A stretch of DNA of 38,864 nucleotides from Acidimicrobiia bacterium (GCA_029865445.1 JAOUGY010000001.1:1-38864), one strand, 5' to 3'. Positions 1-8,552 are shown, numbered from the stretch's first letter. Notes: a model not told the origin generated them from the letters alone. Made by a program: numbers and translations.

Positions 1-105
1 ACTGGGGACTGGGGACTGGGGACTGGCGACTGGCGACTGGCGACTGGCGACTGGCGACTGGCGACTGGCGACTGGCGACTGGCGACTGGCGACTGGCGAC
101 TGGCG
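1..105. repeat. Tandem heptanucleotide repeat: 3 x ACTGGGG then 12 x ACTGGCG, truncated by the left window edge
   Basis: Read directly: perfect 7-nt periodicity from nt 1-105, with the variant switch at nt 22. Ends 1 nt before the otsB stop codon (107-109, minus strand). Confidence 0.97.
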
Positions 106-106
106 G

Positions 107-805
107 CTATTCCCGAAGCTGCTCGAGGAGGGTCACGACCTCTCGTGGTCCGTCGACTCGGAATCGGGCCGCCGTCGGCCCCGGTCCGACCTTCACTCCC
201 ACGTCGATCGGCCCCAAGCCGGCAAACACCGTCTCGTCGGTTGTGTCGTCCCCGGCGAAGAACACGGCGTCGGCGGCGCAGCGGCTTCGCAGTTCCGCCA
301 CCGCCAGGCCCTTGTCGACGGCGACAAACCCGACGTCGACGACCCGCTTGCCAAACGTCACCTCGGGGTGCCCGGCCAGCGCCCGGGCTGCGTCGGCGAC
401 CACCGCCGACTCGTCCTCGACGGCTCGGGTGTGCAGCACCAGGGAGAGCTCCTTGGCTTCGACCCAGGCTCCGGGATGCCGGGCGGCTACGCCGTCGAGC
501 AGTGCGGCCATCTCGTCGTAGCCTGCCGGTCGATCCACGCTGACGCCGTCCCAGGCCGCACCGTGCTCGCCGACGAGGGTCAACCCGGGGATCGGGATCA
601 GTCGCCGCAGGTCTGCGAGTCGGCGCCCCGAAACAACGGCCACCGTGATACCCGACGTTCCGGCGAGCCTCGCCAAGGCTTGAAGCGCCCCAGGAGTCGG
701 GACCGCCGCCGCGGGGTCGCTCACGATCTCGGACAGGGTTCCGTCGAAGTCCACCACCACGAGCAGGGGTCGGGGCAGCCGCGCCACGGCATCGCCGACA
801 CTCAT
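107..805 (-). CDS. otsB: Trehalose-6-phosphate phosphatase (HAD-IIB, OtsB)
   Basis: ORF 107..1528 trimmed to the ATG at 803-805 (MSVGDAV...). HAD motif I VVVDFDGTLS and C-terminal FAGDDTTDE motif. The ATG overlaps the otsA stop as ATGA. The longer ORF-track version lies inside otsA. Confidence 0.85.
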   Translation of the reverse strand: MSVGDAVARLPRPLLVVVDFDGTLSEIVSDPAAAVPTPGALQALARLAGTSGITVAVVSGRRLADLRRLIPIPGLTLVGEHGAAWDGVSVDRPAGYDEMAALLDGVAARHPGAWVEAKELSLVLHTRAVEDESAVVADAARALAGHPEVTFGKRVVDVGFVAVDKGLAVAELRSRCAADAVFFAGDDTTDETVFAGLGPIDVGVKVGPGPTAARFRVDGPREVVTLLEQLRE

Positions 806-2193
806 CCCAGAACTGAGTCCAGACACCGTTCGGCCCATCCGTAGACGTCCCAGCGCGTCACCGCCCGCCGGAGATACCGCATCCGGTCCCGCTGCTCGCC
901 CGCTCCCAGCTCGATCGCCCTCTCGATGGTGTCGGCGAGGCCGTCGAGGTCGTACGGGTTCACGACGAGGGCACGATCGAGTTGTTCGGCCGCTCCGGCG
1001 AACTCGGACAGAACCAGTACGCCGGTGCCGTCGACCCGACACGCTATGTATTCCTTGGCAACCAGGTTCATCCCATCGCGCAACGGGGTGATGACCATCA
1101 CGTCGGCGGCCCGGTAGTAGGCCACCAGCTCCTCGCGGGCGAGGCTGCGATGGAGGTAATGCACCGGCACCCAGTCGCGGCGACCGAACTCGCCGTTGAT
1201 CCGTCCCACCAGCAGTTCGATCTGGTCGCGGATGATTTGATACTCCTCCACGCCTGCACGCGAAGGGACGGCCACCTGGACGAACGTCACCTGGCCGCGG
1301 AGATCGGGGCGCCGTTCCAGCACGGTTTGAAACGCCCGCAGCCGGAGGTCGATGCCCTTGGTGTAGTCGAGCCGATCGACACCCAACATGAGGTGGCGTG
1401 GTGATCCCAGTTCTCGCCGGAACCGAACGGCGGCATCGGCGATCTCGGGCGACCCCGCCAACGCCTTGAACTCGGCCGTGTCGATCGAGATGGGAACCGA
1501 CTCCACGGTGATGGTGCGGCCCTGCCACGACAGCTGTCCCGCGGGGCCGGTTGCAGTCGAGAAGACCCTGGCCGCCCGCGCGAAGTTTCGGGCACTCTGA
1601 CGAGTGTGAAAACCGATGACGTCGGCGCCGAGGAGGCCGGCGATGATCTCACGCCTCCACGGCAATCGGCCGAAGATCTCGACCGGAGGGAAGGGGATGT
1701 GCAGGAAGAACCCGATCCTCCGATCGGGCGTCGCGGCTCTGAGCATGGCCGGAACAAGCTGCAGTTGATAGTCCTGGACCCAGACCGGTTCGTCGACTGC
1801 GGTCTCCGAGATCACCGCGTCCGCGAATCGTTGGTTCACCACCACATAGGGCCGCCACCAGTGCCTGTGCATCTCCACCGGCCTGATCGCGTCGTGATAG
1901 AGAGGCCAGATGGTCCCGTTGCAGAAGCCCTCGTAGTAGTCGGTGAACTCCTCGGCAGAGATCGTCACCGGTACCTGGCGGATCCCTTCGAGACGAAACG
2001 GCTCCTCTTCACGGTCGGCGATGCCCGGCCAACCCACCCACGCCCCCCGTCTGTCCACGAGGATGGGAGCGAGGGCCGAAACGAGGCCTCCGGGGCTCGG
2101 AGCCCAACGGTCGGCGATGTCGTCCCAGGCCACCGGCAACCGGTTGGCCACGACGACGAGTCCCCCTCGCTGTGGCTGCATACTCCCGACCAT
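802..2193 (-). CDS. otsA: Alpha,alpha-trehalose-phosphate synthase (GT20, OtsA)
   Basis: LVVVANRLPV N-terminus and full-length GT20-like sequence (WVQDYQLQLVP, HIPFP, LRDGMNLVAKEY). Start is ambiguous: ATG at 2193 or 2181. The ORF-track start 2277 would overlap the divergent gene at 2235. Confidence 0.9.
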   Translation of the reverse strand: MVGSMQPQRGGLVVVANRLPVAWDDIADRWAPSPGGLVSALAPILVDRRGAWVGWPGIADREEEPFRLEGIRQVPVTISAEEFTDYYEGFCNGTIWPLYHDAIRPVEMHRHWWRPYVVVNQRFADAVISETAVDEPVWVQDYQLQLVPAMLRAATPDRRIGFFLHIPFPPVEIFGRLPWRREIIAGLLGADVIGFHTRQSARNFARAARVFSTATGPAGQLSWQGRTITVESVPISIDTAEFKALAGSPEIADAAVRFRRELGSPRHLMLGVDRLDYTKGIDLRLRAFQTVLERRPDLRGQVTFVQVAVPSRAGVEEYQIIRDQIELLVGRINGEFGRRDWVPVHYLHRSLAREELVAYYRAADVMVITPLRDGMNLVAKEYIACRVDGTGVLVLSEFAGAAEQLDRALVVNPYDLDGLADTIERAIELGAGEQRDRMRYLRRAVTRWDVYGWAERCLDSVLG

Positions 2194-2234
2194 ACCCAGA
2201 GTAGGCTCAAATCCAATTTCGACCCCCCGGGACC

Positions 2235-3182
2235 ATGGAGATCTTCGACGACGTCCTCGCCGCCATCGGCAACACACCCCTCGTCCGACTGGGCAGACTG
2301 CATCCCCCCGGAAACCTCGTCGCCAAAGTCGAGTACATGAACCCCGGCGGTTCGATCAAGGAGCGGATCGCCGTTTCGATGATCGACGCCGCCGAGCGGG
2401 ACGGGCTGCTCGAGGCAGGCGGGACGATCATCGAGCCGACGTCTGGTAACACCGGTGTGGGCCTGGCCCTGGTCGGAGCGGTGCGAGGGTACCGGGTGAT
2501 CTGCACCGTCCCAGACAAGGTGTCACAGGCCAAGATCGACCAACTGGCGGCCTACGGGGTCGAGGTCATCGTCACACCCACCGAGTTGCTCCCCGAGGAC
2601 GACGACTCCTATTACGGCGTGGCCCGGCGGCTCACCAGCGAGATCCCGGGGGCGTTCAATCCGAACCAGTACGCCAATCCCGCCAACCCTGCCGCCCATG
2701 AGGCGACGACGGGCCCAGAGTTGTGGCGTCAGACCGAGGGTCGGCTCGACGTCCTCGTGGCAGGGGTGGGTACGGGCGGCACGATCACCGGATGCGCCCG
2801 TTATCTGAAACCGCTCAAGCCCGAGATCGAGATCGTGGGGGCGGACCCGGAAGGTTCCATCTATTCGGCGGGACCCGACGACGAGATCCACCAGTACTAC
2901 GTCGAGGGAGTCGGTGAGGACTTCTATCCGGACACCGTCCAACTCGACCTGATCGACCGGTTCATCAAGGTCGCCGATGCCGAGTCGTTTGCCATGACGC
3001 GCCGCCTCGCCCGCGAGGAGGGATTGCTCGTGGGCGGTTCGTGCGGAATGGCGGCCCATGCGGCCCTCGAGGTGGCCCGCGAGGACGACTCGCGGCTCGT
3101 GGTGGTCATTCTCCCCGACTCGGGTCGTGGCTACCTCGAAAAGGTGTTCAACGACACCTGGATGTCAGAGCACGGTTTCTGA
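2235..3182 (+). CDS. PLP-dependent cystathionine beta-synthase / cysteine synthase family protein (catalytic domain only, no Bateman module)
   Basis: NPGGSIKERIA (PLP-lysine region), TSGNTGVGLA, GVGTGGTITG loop, VEGVGEDFYP. 315 aa. Confidence 0.85.
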   Translation: MEIFDDVLAAIGNTPLVRLGRLHPPGNLVAKVEYMNPGGSIKERIAVSMIDAAERDGLLEAGGTIIEPTSGNTGVGLALVGAVRGYRVICTVPDKVSQAKIDQLAAYGVEVIVTPTELLPEDDDSYYGVARRLTSEIPGAFNPNQYANPANPAAHEATTGPELWRQTEGRLDVLVAGVGTGGTITGCARYLKPLKPEIEIVGADPEGSIYSAGPDDEIHQYYVEGVGEDFYPDTVQLDLIDRFIKVADAESFAMTRRLAREEGLLVGGSCGMAAHAALEVAREDDSRLVVVILPDSGRGYLEKVFNDTWMSEHGF

Positions 3183-3192
3183 CCCAGTTCGG

Positions 3193-4344
3193 TCAAATCG
3201 AAGCGAGAGCCTTGTCGAGGTCTTCGATGAGATCTTCGACATCTTCCATGCCGACCGACAACCGCACCAAGCCGTCGGTGATTCCCGCGGCCAACCGTGC
3301 ATCGCGCGGCATGTCACCGTGGGTCATGGTCACCGGGTGCGTGATCAGGGATTCCACCGACCCCAGGTTCTCGGCCAGCGACCACAACTCGACCGCACCC
3401 ATGAGGTCTTTGCCGGCCTGCACACCGCCGACCACCTCGAACCAGGCCATGGCCCCGAATCCACTGGCTTGACGCTGGGCGAGGTCGTGTTGCGGGAACG
3501 ACGCCAGGCCCGGATACCCGACCCTCTCGACCTTCGGGTGTGACTCGAGGAACGTGGCGACGGCCATCGCGTTCGCCGACTGCCGATCCATGCGCTCCGA
3601 CAGCGTCTTCGTGCCCTGGAGTGTCAGCCAGGCCACCTGCGGCGACATGATGAGACCCATCGACTTCATGATGAACCGGAAACGTTCGTCCAGGGCAGGA
3701 TCGGCGGCAACCACGGCTCCACCGAGGGTGGCGTTGTGTCCGTCGAGGTACTTCGTAGTGGCGTGCACGACGACGTCGGCCCCCAACTCGATAGGGCGCT
3801 GGTAGTACGGACTCAGGAACGTGTTGTCCACGGCGTGAACGACACCGGCAGACGACGCTATCTCGGATATGGCTGCCAGATCGGTCAGCTTGAGTGTCGG
3901 ATTCGCCGGGGTCTCTGTGAACACGAGTTTCGTCTCGGCTCTCATGGCAGCCTCGACCACCTCCGGTCGGGAGGTGTCGACGAAGGAGAATTCGACACCG
4001 AACCGGCTCAACACCTGGGCAGCGAACCTGTGCGTTCCCCCGTACACGACATCGGAGACGATGGCGTGATCACCTGCGTTGAGGAGCGCCATCATCACCG
4101 AGACTGTCGCTGCCATACCCGACCCGTACGCCGTCGCCGCCACACCGCCCTCGAGGGCCGCCATCCGCCGCTCGAACGCGGCCACCGTCGGGTTGCCCGC
4201 CCTGGTGTATGAGAACCCCTTCTCCATGTACCCATCGACCGACTCCTGCACGAATGTCGTGGACTGGTAGATGGGGGTGATGATGGCACCGGTGGTCGGG
4301 TCCGGCTCGACGCCGGCGTGTATCTGATCGGTTCGGAATCCCAT
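3193..4344 (-). CDS. Cystathionine gamma-lyase / gamma-synthase family PLP enzyme
   Basis: IHAGVEPDPTTGA N-terminus, ATTKYLDGH (PLP-lysine motif), ESLITHPVTMTH near the C-terminus. 383 aa. Convergent with the CBS-like gene; the two stop codons sit in TGACCcagttcGGTCA. Confidence 0.88.
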   Translation of the reverse strand: MGFRTDQIHAGVEPDPTTGAIITPIYQSTTFVQESVDGYMEKGFSYTRAGNPTVAAFERRMAALEGGVAATAYGSGMAATVSVMMALLNAGDHAIVSDVVYGGTHRFAAQVLSRFGVEFSFVDTSRPEVVEAAMRAETKLVFTETPANPTLKLTDLAAISEIASSAGVVHAVDNTFLSPYYQRPIELGADVVVHATTKYLDGHNATLGGAVVAADPALDERFRFIMKSMGLIMSPQVAWLTLQGTKTLSERMDRQSANAMAVATFLESHPKVERVGYPGLASFPQHDLAQRQASGFGAMAWFEVVGGVQAGKDLMGAVELWSLAENLGSVESLITHPVTMTHGDMPRDARLAAGITDGLVRLSVGMEDVEDLIEDLDKALASI

Positions 4345-4406
4345 CGGGTCATGCTACGCCCGGCCGAGACCTGTGTCACCGCCCGCACGGCGGAACCCCA
4401 CCACCT

Positions 4407-4422
4407 CCCCCTGCACAACAAA
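4407..4422 (-). repeat. 16-nt direct repeat copy 1 (minus strand TTTGTTGTGCAGGGGG)
   Basis: Identical 16-mer also at 4511-4526. This copy follows a weak CGGG/CCCG hairpin on the minus strand. Confidence 0.8.
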
Positions 4423-4510
4423 CACCCGGGCCACCCGATACGAACGAACCACACCGCCCAACCCACACCTCCGCCACCAACACCGCGCGTGGGGGTCGCA
4501 AGGGTGTCAC

Positions 4511-4526
4511 CCCCCTGCACAACAAA
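4511..4526 (-). repeat. 16-nt direct repeat copy 2 (minus strand TTTGTTGTGCAGGGGG), forms the U-tail of the terminator
   Basis: Identical to 4407-4422 and lies immediately 3' of the 12-bp terminator stem. Confidence 0.8.
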
Positions 4527-4556
4527 AACGACACCCCGCCGGTGGGCGGGGTGTCG
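4519..4556 (-). terminator. Rho-independent terminator (12-bp GC stem, GGTG/CACC loop, U-rich tail) on the minus strand
   Basis: Arms 4529-4540 cgacaccccgcc and 4545-4556 ggcggggtgtcg. The plus-strand A-tract aacaaaaa (4521-4528) reads as GUUUUUGUUG on the minus strand. Confidence 0.75.
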
Positions 4557-4790
4557 TCAAGCCTTCGAGCTTCCTCGTCGCCTCGGCCCGGCTATCGGGT
4601 GGGGCGACGCCCTGGGGGGACCAGCTCCAGAGTTCTCGGAGGTCGGTGGTCCGAGTTGGAGTCGCTACCTGACTCTCCCGTGTGGGAGGCGAGTCGCGCC
4701 TCGCATGGCAAAGCGCCACTCAGCGCTCGGCCACCTCCAGAGTCCCGTAAGAACTATGCAACTAGGACCACCTCCTTTCTCTGGTGATGT
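4557..4790 (-). ncRNA. Candidate structured small RNA or cis-regulatory leader, class unassigned
   Basis: The 515-bp intergenic gap has no credible ORF. Several nested hairpins are present (AGCGC-TGAGTG-GCGCT, GAGGCG-CGACT-CGCCTC, CTCCC-ACAC-GGGAG, GAGTC-AGGTAGC-GACTC), enclosed by GGAGGTGGCCGAG / CTCGGACCACCGACCTCC pairing. The region ends at the strong terminator. Confidence 0.3.
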
Positions 4791-4858
4791 GATTGTGCCA
4801 CGACACCGGCACTAGGGAAAGGGATTTCGTCGATTTGATCGCCCAGTAGATTCGCTCG

Positions 4859-5569
4859 ATGTTCGAATGGTCGATGGCTGCACTCGTGACATTCTTCGCC
4901 GCCTTGGTGCAAGGGGTGATCGGCTTCGGACTCGGCGTGGTTTCGGTGCCGATCCTTACGTTGCTGGATCCGGTCTTCACTCCGATCCCCCAGCTCATGA
5001 TGTCTGTCCCCCTCGCCTTCGGCACCGCGTTCCGGGAGTGGACCGACGTCGACAAGGCGGGGATCGGTTGGGTCACACTGGGCCGTCTCCCCGGTGCGAT
5101 CGCCGGCACATGGCTCCTGACCCGCATTTCCGACGACGTTCTCGGAGTCGTGATCGGCGTCATCGTGCTCGCCGCCGTCGTCGTCTCGAATCGCGGGTGG
5201 TACGTGCCGATCACTCGCACGAGTCGATTGGCTGCGGGGGTGACCGCCGGATTCACGGGAACCACGTCGGGAATCGGTGGCCCACCCATCGCACTCCTCT
5301 ACAGGAGGTCGCGTCCGGAAGAGGCGCGGTCGACGGTGGGAGCCCTGCTTGCGATCGGGCTGTTCGTGAATCTCGCGGTGCTCGGCGCCGCGGGAGCGAT
5401 CGAACAGTCCGACATCGATGTGAGCCTCCGCCTCGTCGTCCCCGCGCTGGCCGGTTTCGGGGCGAGTTCACTCGTGAAGGGACGTGTCGACGCCGGCCGG
5501 TTTCGGGCGGGCGTTCTCGTAGTCTCCGGCGCCGCAGCAGGGGCACTCGTGCTCAGGTCCTTCTTTTGA
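4859..5569 (+). CDS. Sulfite exporter TauE/SafE family membrane protein
   Basis: 236-aa polytopic hydrophobic protein with the two-half repeat typical of TauE/SafE (GxGGG-like TSGIGGPP). Confidence 0.75.
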   Translation: MFEWSMAALVTFFAALVQGVIGFGLGVVSVPILTLLDPVFTPIPQLMMSVPLAFGTAFREWTDVDKAGIGWVTLGRLPGAIAGTWLLTRISDDVLGVVIGVIVLAAVVVSNRGWYVPITRTSRLAAGVTAGFTGTTSGIGGPPIALLYRRSRPEEARSTVGALLAIGLFVNLAVLGAAGAIEQSDIDVSLRLVVPALAGFGASSLVKGRVDAGRFRAGVLVVSGAAAGALVLRSFF

Positions 5570-5572
5570 CGA

Positions 5573-6220
5573 TCACCGACCGTAGCCGGGGTTGTCGAAG
5601 ATCACGGTTCGCGAAGGGCCGAGATCGTCGTCGACCGGTTCGCGGGTGACCCACACCCTCGGATAGTCCGATCGAGCCACCCCGATGGATGTCTCGAAGA
5701 CGCCGTCCGAGGTGAACGACCCTGCTGACACGTGGCGACCGTCGTCTGCCGTCAGCCAGACCTCGTAATACTCATCGGGCCCGAGCGGTTCGACGCCGGA
5801 CACATCGAAGCGCATTCTCGTGGTGCCATCGACGAGCCAGCCCTCGACATGGGCGGACGCACCCCGTGCGGTCTCACCAGCGACCAGAGCCACTTCCCAG
5901 TCCGGCGCGGGAGAGCGGCCGGCCACGACACCTGCCGCGATCACGGCGACGGCAGCGACCGCAGCGACGATGGACCCTGCCACCCGTCCCCGTCGTCCCG
6001 GTCGGCCGGCCGGATTGGCCTTCGCGGAGACCTCGGCCACCACCCGCTCGGCAAGATCGGGGGCGGGGAGCTCCCATAGGGTCGGATCGGCCAGCTCATT
6101 CCGCAACCGGTCGAGAGCACTCCGGCTCGACCGGCACGAGGCGCACCCCGCCATGTGTGACTCGACCGCCGGACCGACGTCCCCGGCGAGATAGAGCGTC
6201 TGGCATTGTTCACACGTCAT
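5573..6220 (-). CDS. Anti-sigma factor: zf-HC2 N-terminus, one TM segment, RskA-like extracytoplasmic domain
   Basis: MTCEQCQ...HMAGCASC zinc-binding motif, then a TM segment IVAAVAAVAVIAAGVVA. C-terminal YYEVWL...SAGSF motif as in anti-sigma-K. Start overlaps the sigma gene stop (ATGA). Confidence 0.8.
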   Translation of the reverse strand: MTCEQCQTLYLAGDVGPAVESHMAGCASCRSSRSALDRLRNELADPTLWELPAPDLAERVVAEVSAKANPAGRPGRRGRVAGSIVAAVAAVAVIAAGVVAGRSPAPDWEVALVAGETARGASAHVEGWLVDGTTRMRFDVSGVEPLGPDEYYEVWLTADDGRHVSAGSFTSDGVFETSIGVARSDYPRVWVTREPVDDDLGPSRTVIFDNPGYGR

Positions 6221-6762
6221 GCGCTCGCCTCCCTCAGGTGTGCCAGCAGTTCAGCCAGTCTCCGATGCGCCCGATGGGAACGGGATTTCACCGTGCCGAC
6301 CGGAATCCCGAGCTGCTCGGCGGTCTCCTCGTGAGTGAGCCCCCGATAGTGCGTGGCCTCGATCACAGTTTTTTCGTCTTCGGTCAACTTGTCCAAGGCG
6401 GACCGTACCTCCCACGCTTCCCACATCCCTTCGAACGACGGTGGGAGCGCCACGATCTCGGTGTCGTCATCGCGGTCGACTCGGTGCCGCCGCTCACGAC
6501 GGTAGGCATCGACCGCTGCTCGCCGGGCGATGGCGTAGAGCCAAGGCCCCGGATCCTTCTCGGGATCGAATCGGTCGGCGGCACGCCAGGCTTGAAGAAA
6601 CGTCTGCTGGACGACCTCTTCCGCCAAGCCACGATCACCGAGCGACCGGTATGCCACCGTGAACACAGCCCGCCCATAGCGGCCGTACAACTGCCGCACT
6701 GCCTCGGCGTCTCCGGTACGAAACCTCCGAAGCAGTCGCTGATCCGTCATGTAGCCATCCAT
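6217..6762 (-). CDS. ECF (group IV) RNA polymerase sigma factor
   Basis: Region 2 (AEEVVQQTFLQAWRAADRFD, PWLYAIARRAAVDAYR) and region 4 HTH (ETAEQLGIPVGTVKSRSHRA). Start is ATG 6762 or, more likely, 6750. The ORF-track start 7158 overlaps the upstream dehydrogenase. Confidence 0.88.
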   Translation of the reverse strand: MDGYMTDQRLLRRFRTGDAEAVRQLYGRYGRAVFTVAYRSLGDRGLAEEVVQQTFLQAWRAADRFDPEKDPGPWLYAIARRAAVDAYRRERRHRVDRDDDTEIVALPPSFEGMWEAWEVRSALDKLTEDEKTVIEATHYRGLTHEETAEQLGIPVGTVKSRSHRAHRRLAELLAHLREASA

Positions 6763-6790
6763 ACGCCGTGACCCCTGGAATCGGTTCGCG
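6761..6790 (-). promoter_or_regulatory. Possible ECF-type autoregulated promoter (GAACC - 17 nt - CGTAT)
   Basis: Minus strand reads GCGAACC gattccaggggtcacgg CGTAT. It overlaps the stop codon of the upstream gene and the first ATG of the sigma ORF. Confidence 0.25.
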
Positions 6791-6791
6791 C

Positions 6792-7727
6792 TCACACGAC
6801 CACGTTGATCCAGTCTCCGTCCCCTTCGAAGGCATCGAGGTTGGCGAGGAACACATCGAGGAGTCGCTCTCCATACCGTGGGGAAAGCCCCCCGGAGTGC
6901 GGGGTCATCACCACCCGCGGGTGGTCCCACAGCGGTGAGTCGACCGGCAGCGGCTCCACGACGAACACATCCAGACCAGCTCCTCTCAACGAGCCTGTGT
7001 CGAGCGCCTCCAAGAGCGCCGCCTCGTCGATCGCCGAGCCCCGGCCTACGTTGACGATCCACCCGGCGCCCAGGGCCTCTAGCTCGTCGGCACCGACGAT
7101 TCCACGAGTCTCCGGAGTGTGGGGAAGGGTGCACACAACGATGTCTGCCATCTCGCACACGGCCTTGGTGTGGGTCGGCGGCAAGACGAGGCGTGCCACT
7201 CCGGAGTAGTCGGCGGGATTCGTTTTGGTGCCGATCACATCCATGCCCCAGGCCACGGCGCGAGCTGCCACGTGTTCACCCACCGACCCGAGGCCGAGGA
7301 TGGCCATGGTGCGACCCGAAATCTCCACGCCCATGTGGGGGCGCCACTCCCGCCTCGTGACCTCCCGCATGGCGACCCCGACCGTCCGGGTGAGCGAGAG
7401 AAGGAGCGCGAAGACATGCTCGGCAAGCTGTGGCCCATGCACTCCCCGGGCGGACGTGAGCCGGACTCCCGCTCCGGCGAGCGTCTCGAGCGGGTACTGG
7501 TCGACGCCGGCGGAAACCGACTGCACCCACCGGAGTGCCGGCGTCAGAAACGCATCCTCCCAGGAATGCGTGATGAGGATTGGCGCCGTTCTCAGCGCAT
7601 CGACCACACCTTCTAGGGACGGTTCCACAAGGTCGAAACGGGGACTCGACCGGAACGCGTCGGCTACTCCGCGGGGATGGCGGGGGTGGAGGACGGCCTT
7701 CAGAGGTTCGACGTCAGGATGTCCCAC
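6792..7727 (-). CDS. D-isomer-specific 2-hydroxyacid dehydrogenase family protein
   Basis: NAD-binding GLGSVGEHVA fold and a catalytic-domain pattern (NVGRGSAIDE, MTPHSGG). 311 aa. Confidence 0.85.
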   Translation of the reverse strand: MGHPDVEPLKAVLHPRHPRGVADAFRSSPRFDLVEPSLEGVVDALRTAPILITHSWEDAFLTPALRWVQSVSAGVDQYPLETLAGAGVRLTSARGVHGPQLAEHVFALLLSLTRTVGVAMREVTRREWRPHMGVEISGRTMAILGLGSVGEHVAARAVAWGMDVIGTKTNPADYSGVARLVLPPTHTKAVCEMADIVVCTLPHTPETRGIVGADELEALGAGWIVNVGRGSAIDEAALLEALDTGSLRGAGLDVFVVEPLPVDSPLWDHPRVVMTPHSGGLSPRYGERLLDVFLANLDAFEGDGDWINVVV

Positions 7728-8515
7728 AGCTCTCCCACGGAGTCTGCGAGGTTGGATGCGGCCCAGGCGAGCACGATGAACAACAGGACGACGCCCACGC
7801 CGGTATAGATGTTCCGCAGGCGATACGACAGGCGCTCACCCGTGTTCTCCATGTACGACTGTACCGATGGTGCTTGCGGGAGAGTGGACGGGGTGGCCGC
7901 AGCGACCGGAGTGGCCCGGCGTACTTCCGAAGGGCGGCGAGGCTGCCGGACGTCGCGCTCTGCCTTGTGCCGCCCCTCCCGCTGGGTGCCGATCACGGAG
8001 TCCGTCTGTTCGATGCCCGGTGTGGCGACAGTTGCCGACACAGGCGCCGGAGGGTTCTCCGGTGGCCGGAGCGCGTCCGACGTAGCCGGCTCTTCGGGCT
8101 CGAGCGTCTCGACCCTTTCGGCGGGGGTGCGTTCCGTTGGCCGCTCGTCCCCCTTCCCGACCATGACGCGGTCACGTTCAGCGGGGGGAGCGATCGTCGA
8201 CAGCACCTGCTGAACGGTGGGACGCTCTTCCACGACGGGCGGGTCGATCCCAGCCGACACGAACAGTGCCTGTTCGTCGATTCCGAGGACGGCGGCGAGC
8301 GATGAGACCACGTCGGCATCTCCCGGTTTGGAGGTCCCGCGCTCCCATGATCTGACCGTGCTCGGGGCGCGGCCGATGAGCTCGGCTACTCGAGAGTGTG
8401 AGAGGCCGAGCCGTTCCCGGCCCCGTCGGATCAGTCCCCCGAAGTCTTGGGTCGACACCCGAGCAAGGTTAGCCCGCGAGCGTTCACATCCCGGTTCGCG
8501 ACCCGGGGCCGTCAT
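7700..8515 (-). CDS. XRE-family HTH domain protein with disordered linker and C-terminal TM anchor
   Basis: HTH region LIRRGRERLGLSHSRVAELIGRAPSTVRSWERG. C-terminal hydrophobic segment GVGVVLLFIVLAWAA. Start uncertain (ATG 8515 or internal GTG). Confidence 0.65.
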   Translation of the reverse strand: MTAPGREPGCERSRANLARVSTQDFGGLIRRGRERLGLSHSRVAELIGRAPSTVRSWERGTSKPGDADVVSSLAAVLGIDEQALFVSAGIDPPVVEERPTVQQVLSTIAPPAERDRVMVGKGDERPTERTPAERVETLEPEEPATSDALRPPENPPAPVSATVATPGIEQTDSVIGTQREGRHKAERDVRQPRRPSEVRRATPVAAATPSTLPQAPSVQSYMENTGERLSYRLRNIYTGVGVVLLFIVLAWAASNLADSVGELWDILTSNL

Positions 8516-8552
8516 GGGGAACAGGCCGAGGAGGCCTGCTAGCGTCGCCGGC

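Noticed and set aside
1-521. Open plus-strand frame running from the heptamer repeat (would read ...WRLATGD repeats) to 521
   Set aside because: It contains no start codon before 243 and lies antisense to otsB for about 400 nt. The openness is explained by high GC content.
806-1528. N-terminal 241 residues of ORF 107..1528 (long otsB)
   Set aside because: This part lies inside otsA in another frame. The HAD phosphatase homology begins at the ATG at 805, which forms an ATGA overlap with the otsA stop.
4557-4790. Assignment of the candidate RNA to a known class (tRNA-like cloverleaf, SAM-I/IV, cobalamin, T-box, glycine riboswitch, 6S, tmRNA, RNase P, SRP)
   Set aside because: Hallmark sequences were not found by eye: T-loop GTTCRANYC, GGCAACC with its SAM core context, the B12 box, the T-box AGGGTGGNACCGCG, GCCGAAGGRGCAA, GAGGAAAGTCCGG, and GGAAGCAGC. 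Only loose resemblances were seen, so the class is left open.
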